Source of the DNA: Octopus sinensis
Taxonomy: Eukaryota
DNA length: 40,615 bases
Assembly (NCBI RefSeq): GCF_006345805.1
Contig: NW_021835373.1
Span: 1-40,615 of the forward strand
Reading direction: 5' to 3'
The notes beneath the pieces are model-generated. The model ran no database searches. It had not been told where the DNA came from and saw only the letters and a list, made by a program, of their open reading frames with translations. Of the stretch, positions 12,916 through 24,100 are shown in pieces. How positions within the stretch are numbered: position 1 is the first letter of the stretch; the number at the start of each line of letters is the position of its first letter. The position numbers were made by a program, and so were the translations under genes.

Positions 12916-13879
12916 ATTGAGGCCGAAGTCCCTGTCTTTATGTAATAATCTTAACTCCTCCTCTAAAAGTGCCAATCCTGAGTCAAAACTCGGAGGAATC
13001 TATAATGTTTGTCGTTATTAATTGGTGATTGTTATCGTTTGTCTCGCTTTCCTCTTCTTCCCCTGTCGTCTGCCTCCAATCATTATCGTCATTCATTTTA
13101 TAATGGTTGCCACTTGTAATCTTTTTCGTTCTCATTGTAACCGTCTCAAATCCATTTGTTTCTCATTCATGGAAACAATATTCCTGCCCATCCACATTAA
13201 TTTTCATTGTCATCTGCTCCTTCTCTTGAATTTCATCATTTTATCGGGTATCATTGCCATTCAATGCTGTCGTCATCTTCATCATTATCATCATCATCGC
13301 TGCCACCACCACCACCGCTGAGTCATATGGGTTTTGTCTTCATTTACTGCAAGGATTTGTACTTTAAAGAATTCTGTTTGAGATCATAATTACTTTCAGA
13401 ATTAATATTGATAATAGGAGACTAATTGATACTTTATTAATAACTAAACACAGTATTAATCATCATTATTATTGACAATATTATGTAAATATCATTTAAT
13501 AGCGTCTTGGATAACATACAAACACACACACTCATACACACACGCACATACACCCTCACACTTACACACTCACACACATATACACACGGTCAGAAATATA
13601 CAAAATTTAAAAATCATAAATCGCCAATCGATGTTTGAGTCATGTCCATCCTAAAATATAGCAGCACAACACATTATCCACGCCTAGAGAAGGATACTGA
13701 GCCCTTCAAAAATTTTGCTGCAGCTGGGTCAGAATAACGAAGTTGAAAGAACCAGTCGGTTGATTTCTTGGCACCATATATTCTTTATAGTTTTGATAAA
13801 TATATTTGCATTTACCTGAAGATATGAAGGCACGTACCCTAGAGTTTAGGAGGTTACACTCACGATTTCATGATCTTTC

Positions 13880-14075
13880 TATTCGTCCCTGAACCGGGCG
13901 GTGTTTTGTGTTCTTCAGCGAAACACTTCTTTTCATGTTATCCTAGTCCGCTCAGGTGTAAATGAAACTACCCTAAGACGGAGCGGGTCATCCATTCAGG
14001 AGGAACGTTGTGATCTCGGTTACTTGCATACCATGGAAACCGAGCAACCGGCCGACTCTACGAGTCCCAGATCTC
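13880..14075 (+). mobile_element. Old degenerate SINE, V-domain-like
   Basis: ttgtgttcttcagcgaaacact...agtccgctcaggtgtaaatg...catccattcaggagg...ggaaaccg resembles the V-SINE consensus as I recall it. Confidence 0.4.
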
Positions 14076-14963
14076 AAGAGAGTAATTTACTTTTCACTTT
14101 GAGCAGATGTAATACGTCAAGTAAGCCGTTATGTTTAATGGTCCTGTAAGCATATCCCACTAAGTGAACAGGAATCGCATCAGAATGCAGTGCCTTACAC
14201 TAAAGCTGTAAGTATATAGGGAATTTTAATGGCGAAACATAAGATCCCCCTAAGTATGGTTGGGTAACATGCGCCATGCTTTATTTCACTGTTTAAGATA
14301 ACTAAGTAGTCGAGAGCAAATATAGAAACCGTCTCGATTCTTTCATTCTTTGATCCCGTGACATATCCAAGATGAGACAGATGAAAGTGGAAAGTGTATT
14401 TATTTTCACCGGAGTAGTATAGAGAAAACTGAAATCAAGCACTGCTCCGTCGAAGAATTGAACTTACAAATTATGGTCGTTAGTTGAATACCTCTAGGCC
14501 ACACGCCTGCAGACATGGCCGAGAGAGTATATTAACTATCGATAATGTGTTATAAGATAAAATTGATAATGCTGTTTTCAATATATTACACGATGTAAAA
14601 TCTTTACTGGTATTTTACAGGGAATGGGTTGACCTGTCTGTTGAGTGTTGCTCCGCTTGGCATCTTGCACTGATGGTACCACAAAATATCGTTAATGCAT
14701 CTGACTGTTCATAGCGAACCCTCTGAAATGGCGTTTTCTAAAATCGAGAATTTTTCTCCACGGCAAATTGCGGAGAATAACCCCATTTGCACCTCAAATA
14801 TGACCCAAGGTTATTTGAAGTTATTTGACGCTTCAATTTCTTTACTTTATACCACTGCTTCGTGTGACACCCATATATGTTACATTATGTTTCTACATTG
14901 ACAAATATCTAATTTGTTTTAAGTATGACTCAATAAATTTTTCGTATTATAAATAATAGTAAG

Positions 14964-15105
14964 GTACATGCATAGCTGTGTGGTAAGGACCTTGTTTCCC
15001 AACCACATGGTTCCGGGTTTAATTTCATTCCTAGTGTTTTGTACTATAACCTCGGGCCAACTAAAGCCTTCTGAGTGGGTAAGGTAGAGGGAAACTGAAA
15101 TCCTG

Positions 15106-15108
<3 letters not shown>
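14964..15108 (+). mobile_element. SINE family A, 5' half (3' half at 17045-17250)
   Basis: gctgtgtggtaag...ccacatggttccgggtt...cctcgggcc...ggaaactgaaa, then (TA)n. Confidence 0.8.
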
Positions 15109-15145
<37 letters not shown>

Positions 15146-15173
15146 GAGAAAGAAGCAACAAGAATGGATTAGT

Positions 15174-15264
15174 TTTTAGTACAATTGTTTCATACAAAGA
15201 CAGGCTTTATTACAAGTTGCAAAAATTGCAGCAGATAAAAGTGTCCCGTACTCATCAGCTAAAA
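15174..15264 (-). ncRNA. Type I hammerhead ribozyme, long stem II, GUA cleavage site
   Basis: Exact reverse complement of 16198-16288. Confidence 0.8.
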
Positions 15265-15380
15265 TACATATGAGTTCTCCAGACATCTTAGTGGGTGAGG
15301 TTATACTCATGAAATATTGGAGATAATTCCATTAAAGGCAGATATAGATTGCAAACAGTTTTTCAAAGTTCCTTAATGAT

Positions 15381-15584
15381 GATGCACAGTCTTATCACAG
15401 ATTTTTAAAATCTTATTAGTTTCAAAGAGAAGATGAATTAATCCATAGTGTAGATTTAAATTTCCAGAGATATGAGGAGGGTGATGCACAGACTTATCAC
15501 AGGTTTTTAAAAAAACTTATTAGCTTCACAGAAAAGGTGAATTAATCCGTAGTGAAGATTTAAATTTCCAGCGGTATGAGGAGG
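15381..15584. repeat. ~102-bp tandem duplication (2 copies)
   Basis: gatgcacag.cttatcacag...tgaattaatcc.tagtg.agatttaaatttccag...tatgaggagg at 15381 and 15483. Confidence 0.85.
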
Positions 15585-16197
15585 AAATTTCATACTCACA
15601 GACGATGAATTTAACCATTATTAATCCACAATCATTTCATGCTATATGATAAGGTAATTTGCCATATTACTGCTCTCCGTGCAAAACTGCTATGTTAATA
15701 TTTCTAAAGCTGAAGGAATTTACTTGTGGGGCAAAGAAAATAAAATGACAGAAAAAAGAAAAGAGACAAGGAAAAAAGAAAAAGAAAAAGAAAAAGAAAA
15801 AGAAAAAGAAAAAGAAAAAAGAAACAAAAAGAAAAAGAAAAAGAAAAAACGAAACGGGGGAGAAGGATAAGAGAAGGATAGAAAAGAAAAAGAAAAAGAA
15901 AAAGAAAAAGGAAAAGAAAAAGAAAAAAGGGGAAGAGGGAGCTAATAAGTTTTTTTTAAAAACCTGTGATAAGTCTGTGCATCACCCTCCTCATATCTCT
16001 GGAAATTTAAATCTACACTATGGATTAATTCATCTTCTTTTGAAACTAATAAGATTTTAAAAATCTGTGATAAGAAGTGCATCATCATTAAGGAACTTTG
16101 AAAAACTGTTTGCAATCTATATCTGCCTTTAATGGAATTATCTCCAATATTCATGAGTTAACCTCACCCAGTAAGATGTCTGGAGAACTCATATGTA

Positions 16198-16288
16198 TTT
16201 TAGCTGATGAGTACGGGACACTTTTATCTGCTGCAATTTTTGCAACTTGTAATAAAGCCTGTCTTTGTATGAAACAATTGTACTAAAA
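16198..16288 (+). ncRNA. Type I hammerhead ribozyme, long stem II, GUA cleavage site
   Basis: UUUUAG-CUGAUGA-GUACGGGACA..UGCAA-uuu-UUGCA..UGUCUUUGUAU-GAAA-CAAUUG-UA|CUAAAA; 6-bp stem I; predicted cut after 16282. Confidence 0.8.
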
Positions 16289-16441
16289 ACTAATCCATTC
16301 TTGTTGGTTCTTTCTCGTTTATAATCACCCCACATTACTGTATGGTTAACACCATATAGTTTTTCTGGTGCATCTAAGTTAAGTACCACATTCAAGACAA
16401 TCATTGGAATACTTGAATCTTAATTGCTTTTATATATATAT

Positions 16442-16520
<79 letters not shown>

Positions 16521-16531
16521 ATATATACATA

Positions 16532-16820
16532 TATAATATATTCGAGACAAAACCACTATTTTAAAACCAAACAAGGAAAGACTTAATCAATACATAAAAT
16601 TTTAATATAAATTAAATAAAATAAATATTTATTTATTTTATTTATTTAATTTATTTATTTAATTTATATTAAAATTTTATGTATTGATTAAGTCTTTCCT
16701 TGTTTGGTTTTAAAATAGTGGTTTTGTCTCGAATTATATTATATAATATTTTACTATAAATTGGATTTAACCCTAAATCTGATTTTTCCCTGTAATTTTG
16801 GATTCATTCCCTAATATTTA
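16532..16820 (+). mobile_element. Fold-back Penelope-like 3' end, same family as 40098-40452
   Basis: 80-bp inverted arms 16541-16620/16654-16733; arm and tail clearly homologous to 40098-40250. Confidence 0.7.
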
Positions 16821-16909
16821 TTATATACATATATATATATACATATATATATACGCACACATACATATAATATATGTATATATATACACAATATATATAT
16901 ATATGTGTA

Positions 16910-16961
<52 letters not shown>

Positions 16962-17044
16962 ATGTATATTTATATAGATATGTATGTATGTATGTATATT
17001 TATATATATATATATATATATAAATGTGTGTGTGTATGTATATA

Positions 17045-17250
17045 TTTTGTGCCTGTGTTTGTCTCCTCACCATTGCTTGACAAACGATGTTGGTATGTTT
17101 ACATGCTGGTAACTTAGCGGTTCGACAAAACAACCGATAGACTAAGTACAAGGCTTACGCAGAATAAGTCCTGGGGTAGATTAGTTCGATTAAAGGCAGT
17201 ACTTCAGCATGGCCGCGGTCAAACGACTGACACAAGTAAGAGAAAGAGAG
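17045..17250 (+). mobile_element. SINE family A, 3' half
   Basis: tttgtctcc..cttgacaa..aacttagcggttcg..aataagtcctgggg..cagcatggccgcggtcaaacgactgacacaagtaag. Confidence 0.85.
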
Positions 17251-17389
17251 TAATATTTGAGTGGATATCGATCCCAGTAGTTGATTGTTCCATCGCTTTA
17301 TTGAATGAGACCTGAAGGGAAAAAAAAGTGATATTGTTCTCAGCGAGGTTTGAACTCAGAATACCAGCAGACGTAAGTTAGAAATAAAT

Positions 17390-18180
17390 AATGAAGATGA
17401 GATTGATGATGAAAGATGACGGGGAAAGATAATGAAGACGGGAATGATTAAGTTGATGATAATTACGAGGATGATTAAATATGCTAATTATGACCGTGAT
17501 GACCATAATGAAAGTAATGAAGCGAATGATAATGATGATGATGATGAAGATGAAGGTGAGGAGGAGAAGGAGGGGGAGGATAGCACGATATATTTTACAA
17601 AGGCATTGCTATCCAATGACAATGATGAAGTTCAAGAGAAGGGATGAGTGAAGAGGACGGACGGAATGAGGGAAATAATATTGGAGGTGGCCACGAGAAG
17701 AATGACAAAGGTGAGGGGTGGCAACCATTATGACGTCAAGGGTGGTAGTGATTAGGAGGAAGAGGGCAGGAGGAGGGTGTACCCGCCGTTAGGTAGTGTT
17801 TACCATTATGACGATGGCAGAAGACGATGATGTGGTGGTGGCGGCGACGATGACGACAACAAAATTGGTGATGATGATGATGATGATGTTAGTGATGGTT
17901 GTGGTGAGGAGGAGTAGGCATAGAATAATGACTGGGGAGGAGTAACATAATGAGGACATTATAAAGATGTCGCAATGGACGAAGTCGATGAGGATGAGGA
18001 TGATGACGTGGATGATGATATCATCATCATCATCATAATCATCATCAACAGCAGCAGAAGCATTATCATCGTCGTCAAGAACATCAATTATGGTGATGAT
18101 GATCATGATGACGATCGTCAGCATCATCATCATCATTATCATCATCACCTTCATCATCATTATCATGATGCGTGAATGAT
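17390..18180. repeat. (GAT)n/(CAT)n/(GAG)n low-complexity field
   Basis: Seen directly. Confidence 0.85.
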
Positions 18181-18748
18181 AATGTAATAGTGTTGTCAAG
18201 GTTGTTATATATGTGGTGGAGGCAATGGAAATGGTGGTGATGCTTGTGGGGTGGTGGGGTTTACGATGGTCTTATCGGGTGGTGGTGGTGACGGTGTCGT
18301 AGGTGTCAGTGTCTGTCAGTGGTGTGATGTGCTGACAATGGATGACGGCTACTACAATCAGAACCTCATTAACAAGAAATCTCATCAGATCAGCAGACAA
18401 GCCCCACAGTCAACCACATACACACACATACACATACATACACATACACACACATATACATATATATATATATATATTATATATATAGATATATATATTT
18501 ACACACATGTATATATATATATCAATGTATATATGTGCATATACATATACATATTTATATATATATGTGTGGTATATATTATGTATATATATACATATAT
18601 GTATCTCTACATGTATATAATATATACATGTATATGTATATATACTATATAGTATATATATATATAGATATATATATATAATATATATATATATATACAT
18701 ATCTATATATACATATTATATATATATATAATATATATATATATATTA

Positions 18749-18781
<33 letters not shown>

Positions 18782-19782
18782 TACGTAATATTTATATATA
18801 TGCTTATTCTCATATAGTACAAAGCCAGCCAAAAACATCCAGCAACCACACCGCCAACATCACTCAATATCAATACATCATCATCATCATCACCACCACT
18901 ACCACCATCATCATTGTCATGAACAACATCATAATCGTCATCACCTTAATCCACCACCATCATCATCATCATCATCCGCAGCACCACCACCACCATCATA
19001 ACCGTGATGGCCGTCAGCACCACCGCCACAATCAGAACCAACACCACCTCCGATACCTACATAGGGAATGACGACATCAGCAACAAGAACAAGAACAACG
19101 ACAATAATCAGTAAGCAAAGAACAACAAAAACAAGAACAACAACAACGAATGCGACAACAATATCAATGACGACAGAAGCTCCAAGATAAAACAATGACA
19201 ACACAATGGTCAATCAGCTGAAGAACTATTCTTTGACAATGACAACGAAGAATCGGTGATAAATTTAACATAAAACAACGAACAGAGTTGTTAGATGTGA
19301 TGGAGTGGAATCCCACAAGGAACAGATTAAATTTCCACTAACTCATACGGAACATCGGAACAAAAAAGAAAAGAGAGGAACGAGTAGATACATACGTATG
19401 TGGACGGAAGGGTGTGCGTGCCTACATACGTATACATGTACACGTATATATATTTATATATGTGTGTGTGTGTATATATGTGTGTATGTGTGTCTATATA
19501 TATATACATGTATATGTATACGCGTGCACAGATATATATGTGTGTGTGTGAGTGGGGGTGAGGGAGAGAGGGAGAGGGAGAGGCGCTGTTCCGGCTCAGA
19601 AGGGGAGATCATATAGTTCCTATTAATGTGAGGTTAATGAGTGGCTTTGAACGTAACGTGTTAATGGGAGGATTTCAACTTTGATGTTGGCGGGTTCAAT
19701 ACACACACACACACATACATTTTTGATATGTATATATATATATATGTCTATATATATATGCATATATATATATAATATATAT

Positions 19783-19815
<33 letters not shown>

Positions 19816-19965
19816 CATTCGTATACATATATATATGTATTACATAGATATATATACATATATGCATACATAGATACATTACATATATATATATATATTA
19901 TATATATATAAATGTATAAATTTATATACATACATCTTATCAAATACAAATACAAATATGCATAT

Positions 19966-19996
<31 letters not shown>

Positions 19997-20689
19997 GGAT
20001 ATACACATGTGAATACATATATGTGTATGCCTCTGTATATATTATATACTAATATATATATGTATATATTTTTATATATATATATATATAATATATATAT
20101 GTATACACACATAAATAATATCTATGTATGTACGTATATATATATATATATGTATATATGGATGTATATGGATGTATGTATATTTGTATATGCATGTGCA
20201 TACATATACACCAATCGTTTTGTTTTTTCTACTTGTTTAAGCATTATATATTTTATACATCGTTCCTCTACCTTCCTTGTCCGTTCGTTAGATAAGCTAC
20301 GAAACCACCACCCAGATAAAGATAGTCAACAAAATAAACAGCAAAAAACAACAAAAACAATAGCAACGAAAATAAAGAACACACAACAATAACAACGAAA
20401 ACAAAGAACAAACAACACACAAATCACACAACAATTATTTCGTGCAGTCGAAATCATTTGTGACAAATACTAAAATAATAGCGATTATAATGATGAATAA
20501 GATTACACACTGTTTTTTCTTATGTCTGTTTTACGTTTTTAACTTTCCTTTTTTTTTTCCTCCATTTTCTATCTTATTTGTACTGTCAAGATTTATTTCG
20601 CTTTGATTGGGATTCGATTATTATAGATTTTTTTCTCAATTTTTTTATTGTTTAGTTTATCATCTATTATTCGTTTATCAATGAACAGT

Positions 20690-20870
20690 CAGCGTCCATT
20701 CTGGGGTACACGCATTAAAAGGGTTTTAGTGAAGTAATTTCACCACCCCACCGCTTCATTTTATTTTCATAGAAACCGGTCTTTATTTAAACGTTCTCTT
20801 AAGACAAACCGCTAAGTCGCAGGAACATAAGTAAAGTAGCATCAATTCTCAAGTTATGAGGGGTGGGGAA
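20690..20870 (-). mobile_element. SINE family A, degenerate 3' half
   Basis: gtcagcgtccattctgggg...aaaccgctaagtcgcagga. Confidence 0.45.
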
Positions 20871-20905
20871 TACAAGCACAATAACTCCGCATCTCTTCTC
20901 GTATG

Positions 20906-20948
<43 letters not shown>

Positions 20949-20980
20949 ATATACATAGGTAGTTATGTATATATACATGT

Positions 20981-21312
20981 CCAGCTGGACTCAAGAGTCA
21001 ACTTCGTAGTCATAAAACGAGACAGATGAATGACAACCTGGCCACTGGTGGTGGTGTAACACACCATACTAATCATATCTGTCAGGCATGTGGAAGAGAG
21101 TGTAATTCGGCAGGAGGACTTAAACGACATGCAAAGGTACATGAAGCCCAGTTACAACTACAGCCGGCTATTACCGGTAAAGGCTTTAGTTGCCAATTTT
21201 GTACAAGACATTGTAGATCTTTAGCTGGGCTAAAAAGTCACATTCGATCACAGCACCAGTAACAGTTAAGCTTCGTGCAATGGCCATACTCGATAACGAG
21301 GGGGCAGCCATA
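20981..21312 (+). mobile_element. RTE-like LINE 3' end with tandem C2H2 zinc fingers
   Basis: In-frame PAGLKSQLRSH..CQACGRECNSAGGLKRHAKVH..CQFCTRHCRSLAGLKSHIRSQH*; short 3' UTR ggccatactcgataacgaggggg with a ctcg/cgag hairpin. Confidence 0.7.
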
Positions 21313-21334
21313 ATATATACATAAATACATATAT

Positions 21335-21470
21335 ACAGGAAGGAAGGGAAGAAGGAGGGCTTAACGTTTCGAGCGGAGCTCTTCGTCGGAAACATAGGAG
21401 AAGGAAAGATCCAGAGAAGGGAAGACAGAGGGAGAAAAAAATCGCCAACGGTACACACGGGGTCACATAT
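21335..21470 (-). mobile_element. Penelope-like pLTR fragment
   Basis: Carries a PLE-type minimal hammerhead motif; flanked by TA-rich repeats. Confidence 0.55.
21359..21393 (-). ncRNA. Variant minimal hammerhead (CCGACGA core)
   Basis: Minus strand GUUU-CCGACGA-A-GAGC-UCC-GCUC-GAAA-CG-UU-AAGC. Confidence 0.55.
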
Positions 21471-21669
21471 ACATATATATTAAATGCAGGTCTTATTCAA
21501 ATCTTTTTACTTCCGCATATCGTTCGAAGAAAACGTTGGTATTATTTCTAGAAGGAATGAAATGGTGTAAAACAGTGCAATCTTCTCACCAGGTACTTGT
21601 ATGAATTTTTGCTACCTTGGTAACTATTTATTTATTTTTTCCGTGTTATTTGTAAACTTTGAAATCTAC

Positions 21670-21793
21670 TGGAAGCACAAGGCTTCAAATCTAGTGGGGG
21701 GGATTAAGTACATTACATCGGCCCAATGCATAACTGGTACTTATTTAATCGACCCCGAAAGGACGAAAGGCAAGGCCAACGCCGCCAGAATTT

Positions 21794-21795
<2 letters not shown>
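21670..21795 (-). mobile_element. SINE family B fragment
   Basis: ctggtacttatttaatcgaccccgaaaggacgaaaggc. Confidence 0.75.
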
Positions 21796-21844
<49 letters not shown>

Positions 21845-21924
21845 TATAATAATGAGAAGAAGAAGAGGAGGAGGAGAAAGAAGTGGAACAAAAAGAAGAA
21901 GGAGGAGGAGGAGAAGAAGAAGTG

Positions 21925-21964
<40 letters not shown>

Positions 21965-21967
21965 CAT

Positions 21968-22370
21968 TCTTTATACTGTAGTCACAAGGCCCGAAATTTT
22001 TGGGAAGGGAGCCAGTCGGTTAGATCAACCTCAGTACGCAACTGGTATTTCATTTATCTACGCCGAAATGATGAAAGTGAAAGGCAAAGTCAACCTTGGC
22101 GGAAATTGAACTCAGAGCGTAAATACACGAAATACCTATTTCTTTACTACCCACAAGGTGCTAGACACAGAGGGGACAAACAAGGACAGACAAACGAATC
22201 AAGTCGATTATATCGGTCCCAGTACGCAACTGGTACTTATTTAATCGACCTCGAAAGGATGAAAGGCAAAGTCGACCTCGGCGGAATTTGAACTCAGAAC
22301 GTAATGGCGGACGAAATACCACAAGGCATTTCGCCCGGCGTGCTTAACGTTTCTGCCAGCTCGCCGCCTT
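21968..22370 (-). mobile_element. SINE family B, tandem/dimeric copy
   Basis: Two core + B-box units; head ends ttctgccagctcgccgcctt at 22370; in TAA/TAG repeats. Confidence 0.85.
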
Positions 22371-22374
22371 AATG

Positions 22375-22423
<49 letters not shown>

Positions 22424-22427
<4 letters not shown>

Positions 22428-22655
22428 GTGCAAAAGATTGTCTTAACTGGTACATCACACGTATTGAGAAGAGCATTGTCGATGTGAGAACTGTTGCTGC
22501 TCATGTATTTTAATTTAACTTAAAGAAAAAAAAAAAATGAACGAACTATTGAGTTTGGTTTAATGGCCTACCAATGTATACTATGAGTTTCTTTGCCCTA
22601 GGAGTCGGGAAGACACTCGGCAAGAAATGGAGCAAATTTGAAAGAAGAAAAAAAG
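22424..22655 (+). mobile_element. R4/Dong-clade 3' end fragment in (TAA)n
   Basis: KVQKIVLTGTSHVLRRALSM* is homologous to the C-terminus of the 9155-10248 element; (TAA)n on both sides. Confidence 0.75.
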
Positions 22656-22679
22656 TAATAATAATATAATAATAATAAT

Positions 22680-22731
<52 letters not shown>

Positions 22732-22756
22732 TAATAATAATAATGATAATAATAAT

Positions 22757-22812
<56 letters not shown>

Positions 22813-22832
22813 TAATAATAATAAAAACAATA

Positions 22833-22863
<31 letters not shown>

Positions 22864-22864
22864 C
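22655..22864. repeat. (TAA)n/(GAT)n microsatellite
   Basis: Seen directly. Confidence 0.95.
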
Positions 22865-23417
22865 TAAAGCTAATTAAGCATTATTGACAAGCGATATTTT
22901 CTAGTTGTTTTCAACATCAAATTGCTACCAACATAAATTAAATTAGTTGGTAATAAATTAATTTAAATCTGTGGCAGGATAAAATTAAATATTATTTCTG
23001 AAGAAGATTAAAATGAATGGTCAGTAGCTATTTATTTTATAATAGCTCTAAAGTGGGATAAAAGCCATAATTGACCAACGGTAAGAATCGACACGAAGAA
23101 AGTGGAAAAATTGTTTGTGCTTTCATTAATATTTATTGTCCCGCTTTATTGTGGTTCAATAAACATATACTGTTTAATTTTTCAAATCATACATTCGAAT
23201 TTCATATTGATAACGAACAAATCAATCATAGCAAACTTATTGATTTTCCATTACAAAGAATAAGAAGCAAATTGTAATGATATATGTCCACGAAGGTGAA
23301 TGCCTTTGTGACTATTGGTTCGGTTCTTCAACGACGCTTTTACTGAATTTTGTTATTTTCTTAACAAATTCAGTGGGTGAAATGAAATGCAGTAAAACAT
23401 CAGCGAAGAATAAATAA

Positions 23418-23635
23418 CCTTTTCTAACTAGGCAAAAAAGGCCCGGAATGTTGGAGAGGAAGCCAATCGATTAGATCGATCCTAGTACGCAACTGGTTCT
23501 TAATTTATGGGCCCCCGAAATGATGAAAGGCAAAATTGACCTCCGCGGAATTCGAACATTGAAAAGAAAACCGGAAGAAATGGCACTAAGCATGTTGTCC
23601 GGTGTGCTAAAAATTCTGCCATCTCGCTGGCTTTG
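23418..23635 (-). mobile_element. SINE family B, degenerate full copy
   Basis: caactggttc..cccgaaatgatgaaaggcaaa..ttctgccatctcgc. Confidence 0.75.
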
Positions 23636-23677
23636 AAATAATAATAATAACCCTTTCTACTATAGACATAAGGTCTT

Positions 23678-23730
<53 letters not shown>

Positions 23731-23889
23731 AAATGCTATTACTTTTTGATGATTTCCAAGTATTTTTCTCTCCATTTGATCAGAAATACTCTACATGCCG
23801 GTTAAGATCGGCCACAAAAGTAATTTAACGACACCGATCAATTAGTTTATCCAATACAGCATTTAGTTGAGACGAGGAACTTTTCCATT

Positions 23890-24100
23890 TTGTGCTAGGC
23901 CTTCATCAGGATAAGGCCTTCTTTCTTCAATATCGACATTGCAATAGCTCCATGAAAAGCAGAGTTAAAGGATATGCATTTGGTATTCACGTATATATTC
24001 CCAATATTCAGTTAATGCCGTTATTAAAAGCGAGGAATTACCATTCTGCTTCTTTTTTTTTTTGTCGAGAAGAAGAACTTTTCAATTGAAAGAATGGGAT
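23890..24100 (+). pseudogene. Possible decayed Penelope GIY-YIG C-terminal region
   Basis: LHQDKAFFLQYRH..PNIQLMPLLK..REEELF loosely resembles PLE endonuclease ends; PLE-type hammerhead ~350 bp downstream on the same strand. Confidence 0.25.

Larger units (their letters stand above)
15144..16430. mobile_element. Large fold-back Penelope-like element with twin hammerheads
   Basis: ~380-bp inverted arms 15144-15525/15940-16318, (GAAAAA)n-rich spacer, ~112-bp single-copy tail 16319-16430, (TA)n flanks. Confidence 0.75.

Noticed and set aside
15381-15584. CRISPR-like array
   Set aside because: Only two adjacent units, no spacers, eukaryotic context
15144-16318. Inverted repeat as an assembly fold-back artefact
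   Set aside because: The arms differ by several substitutions and indels and share the tail architecture of other elements; long-read confirmation is still advisable
21026-21262. Host C2H2 zinc-finger gene
   Set aside because: No TGEKP linkers or splice context; the 5' side is truncated at a microsatellite and the 3' UTR looks like an RTE end
23880-23912. Minus-strand CTGATGA...GAAA
   Set aside because: No stem II or stem III pairing
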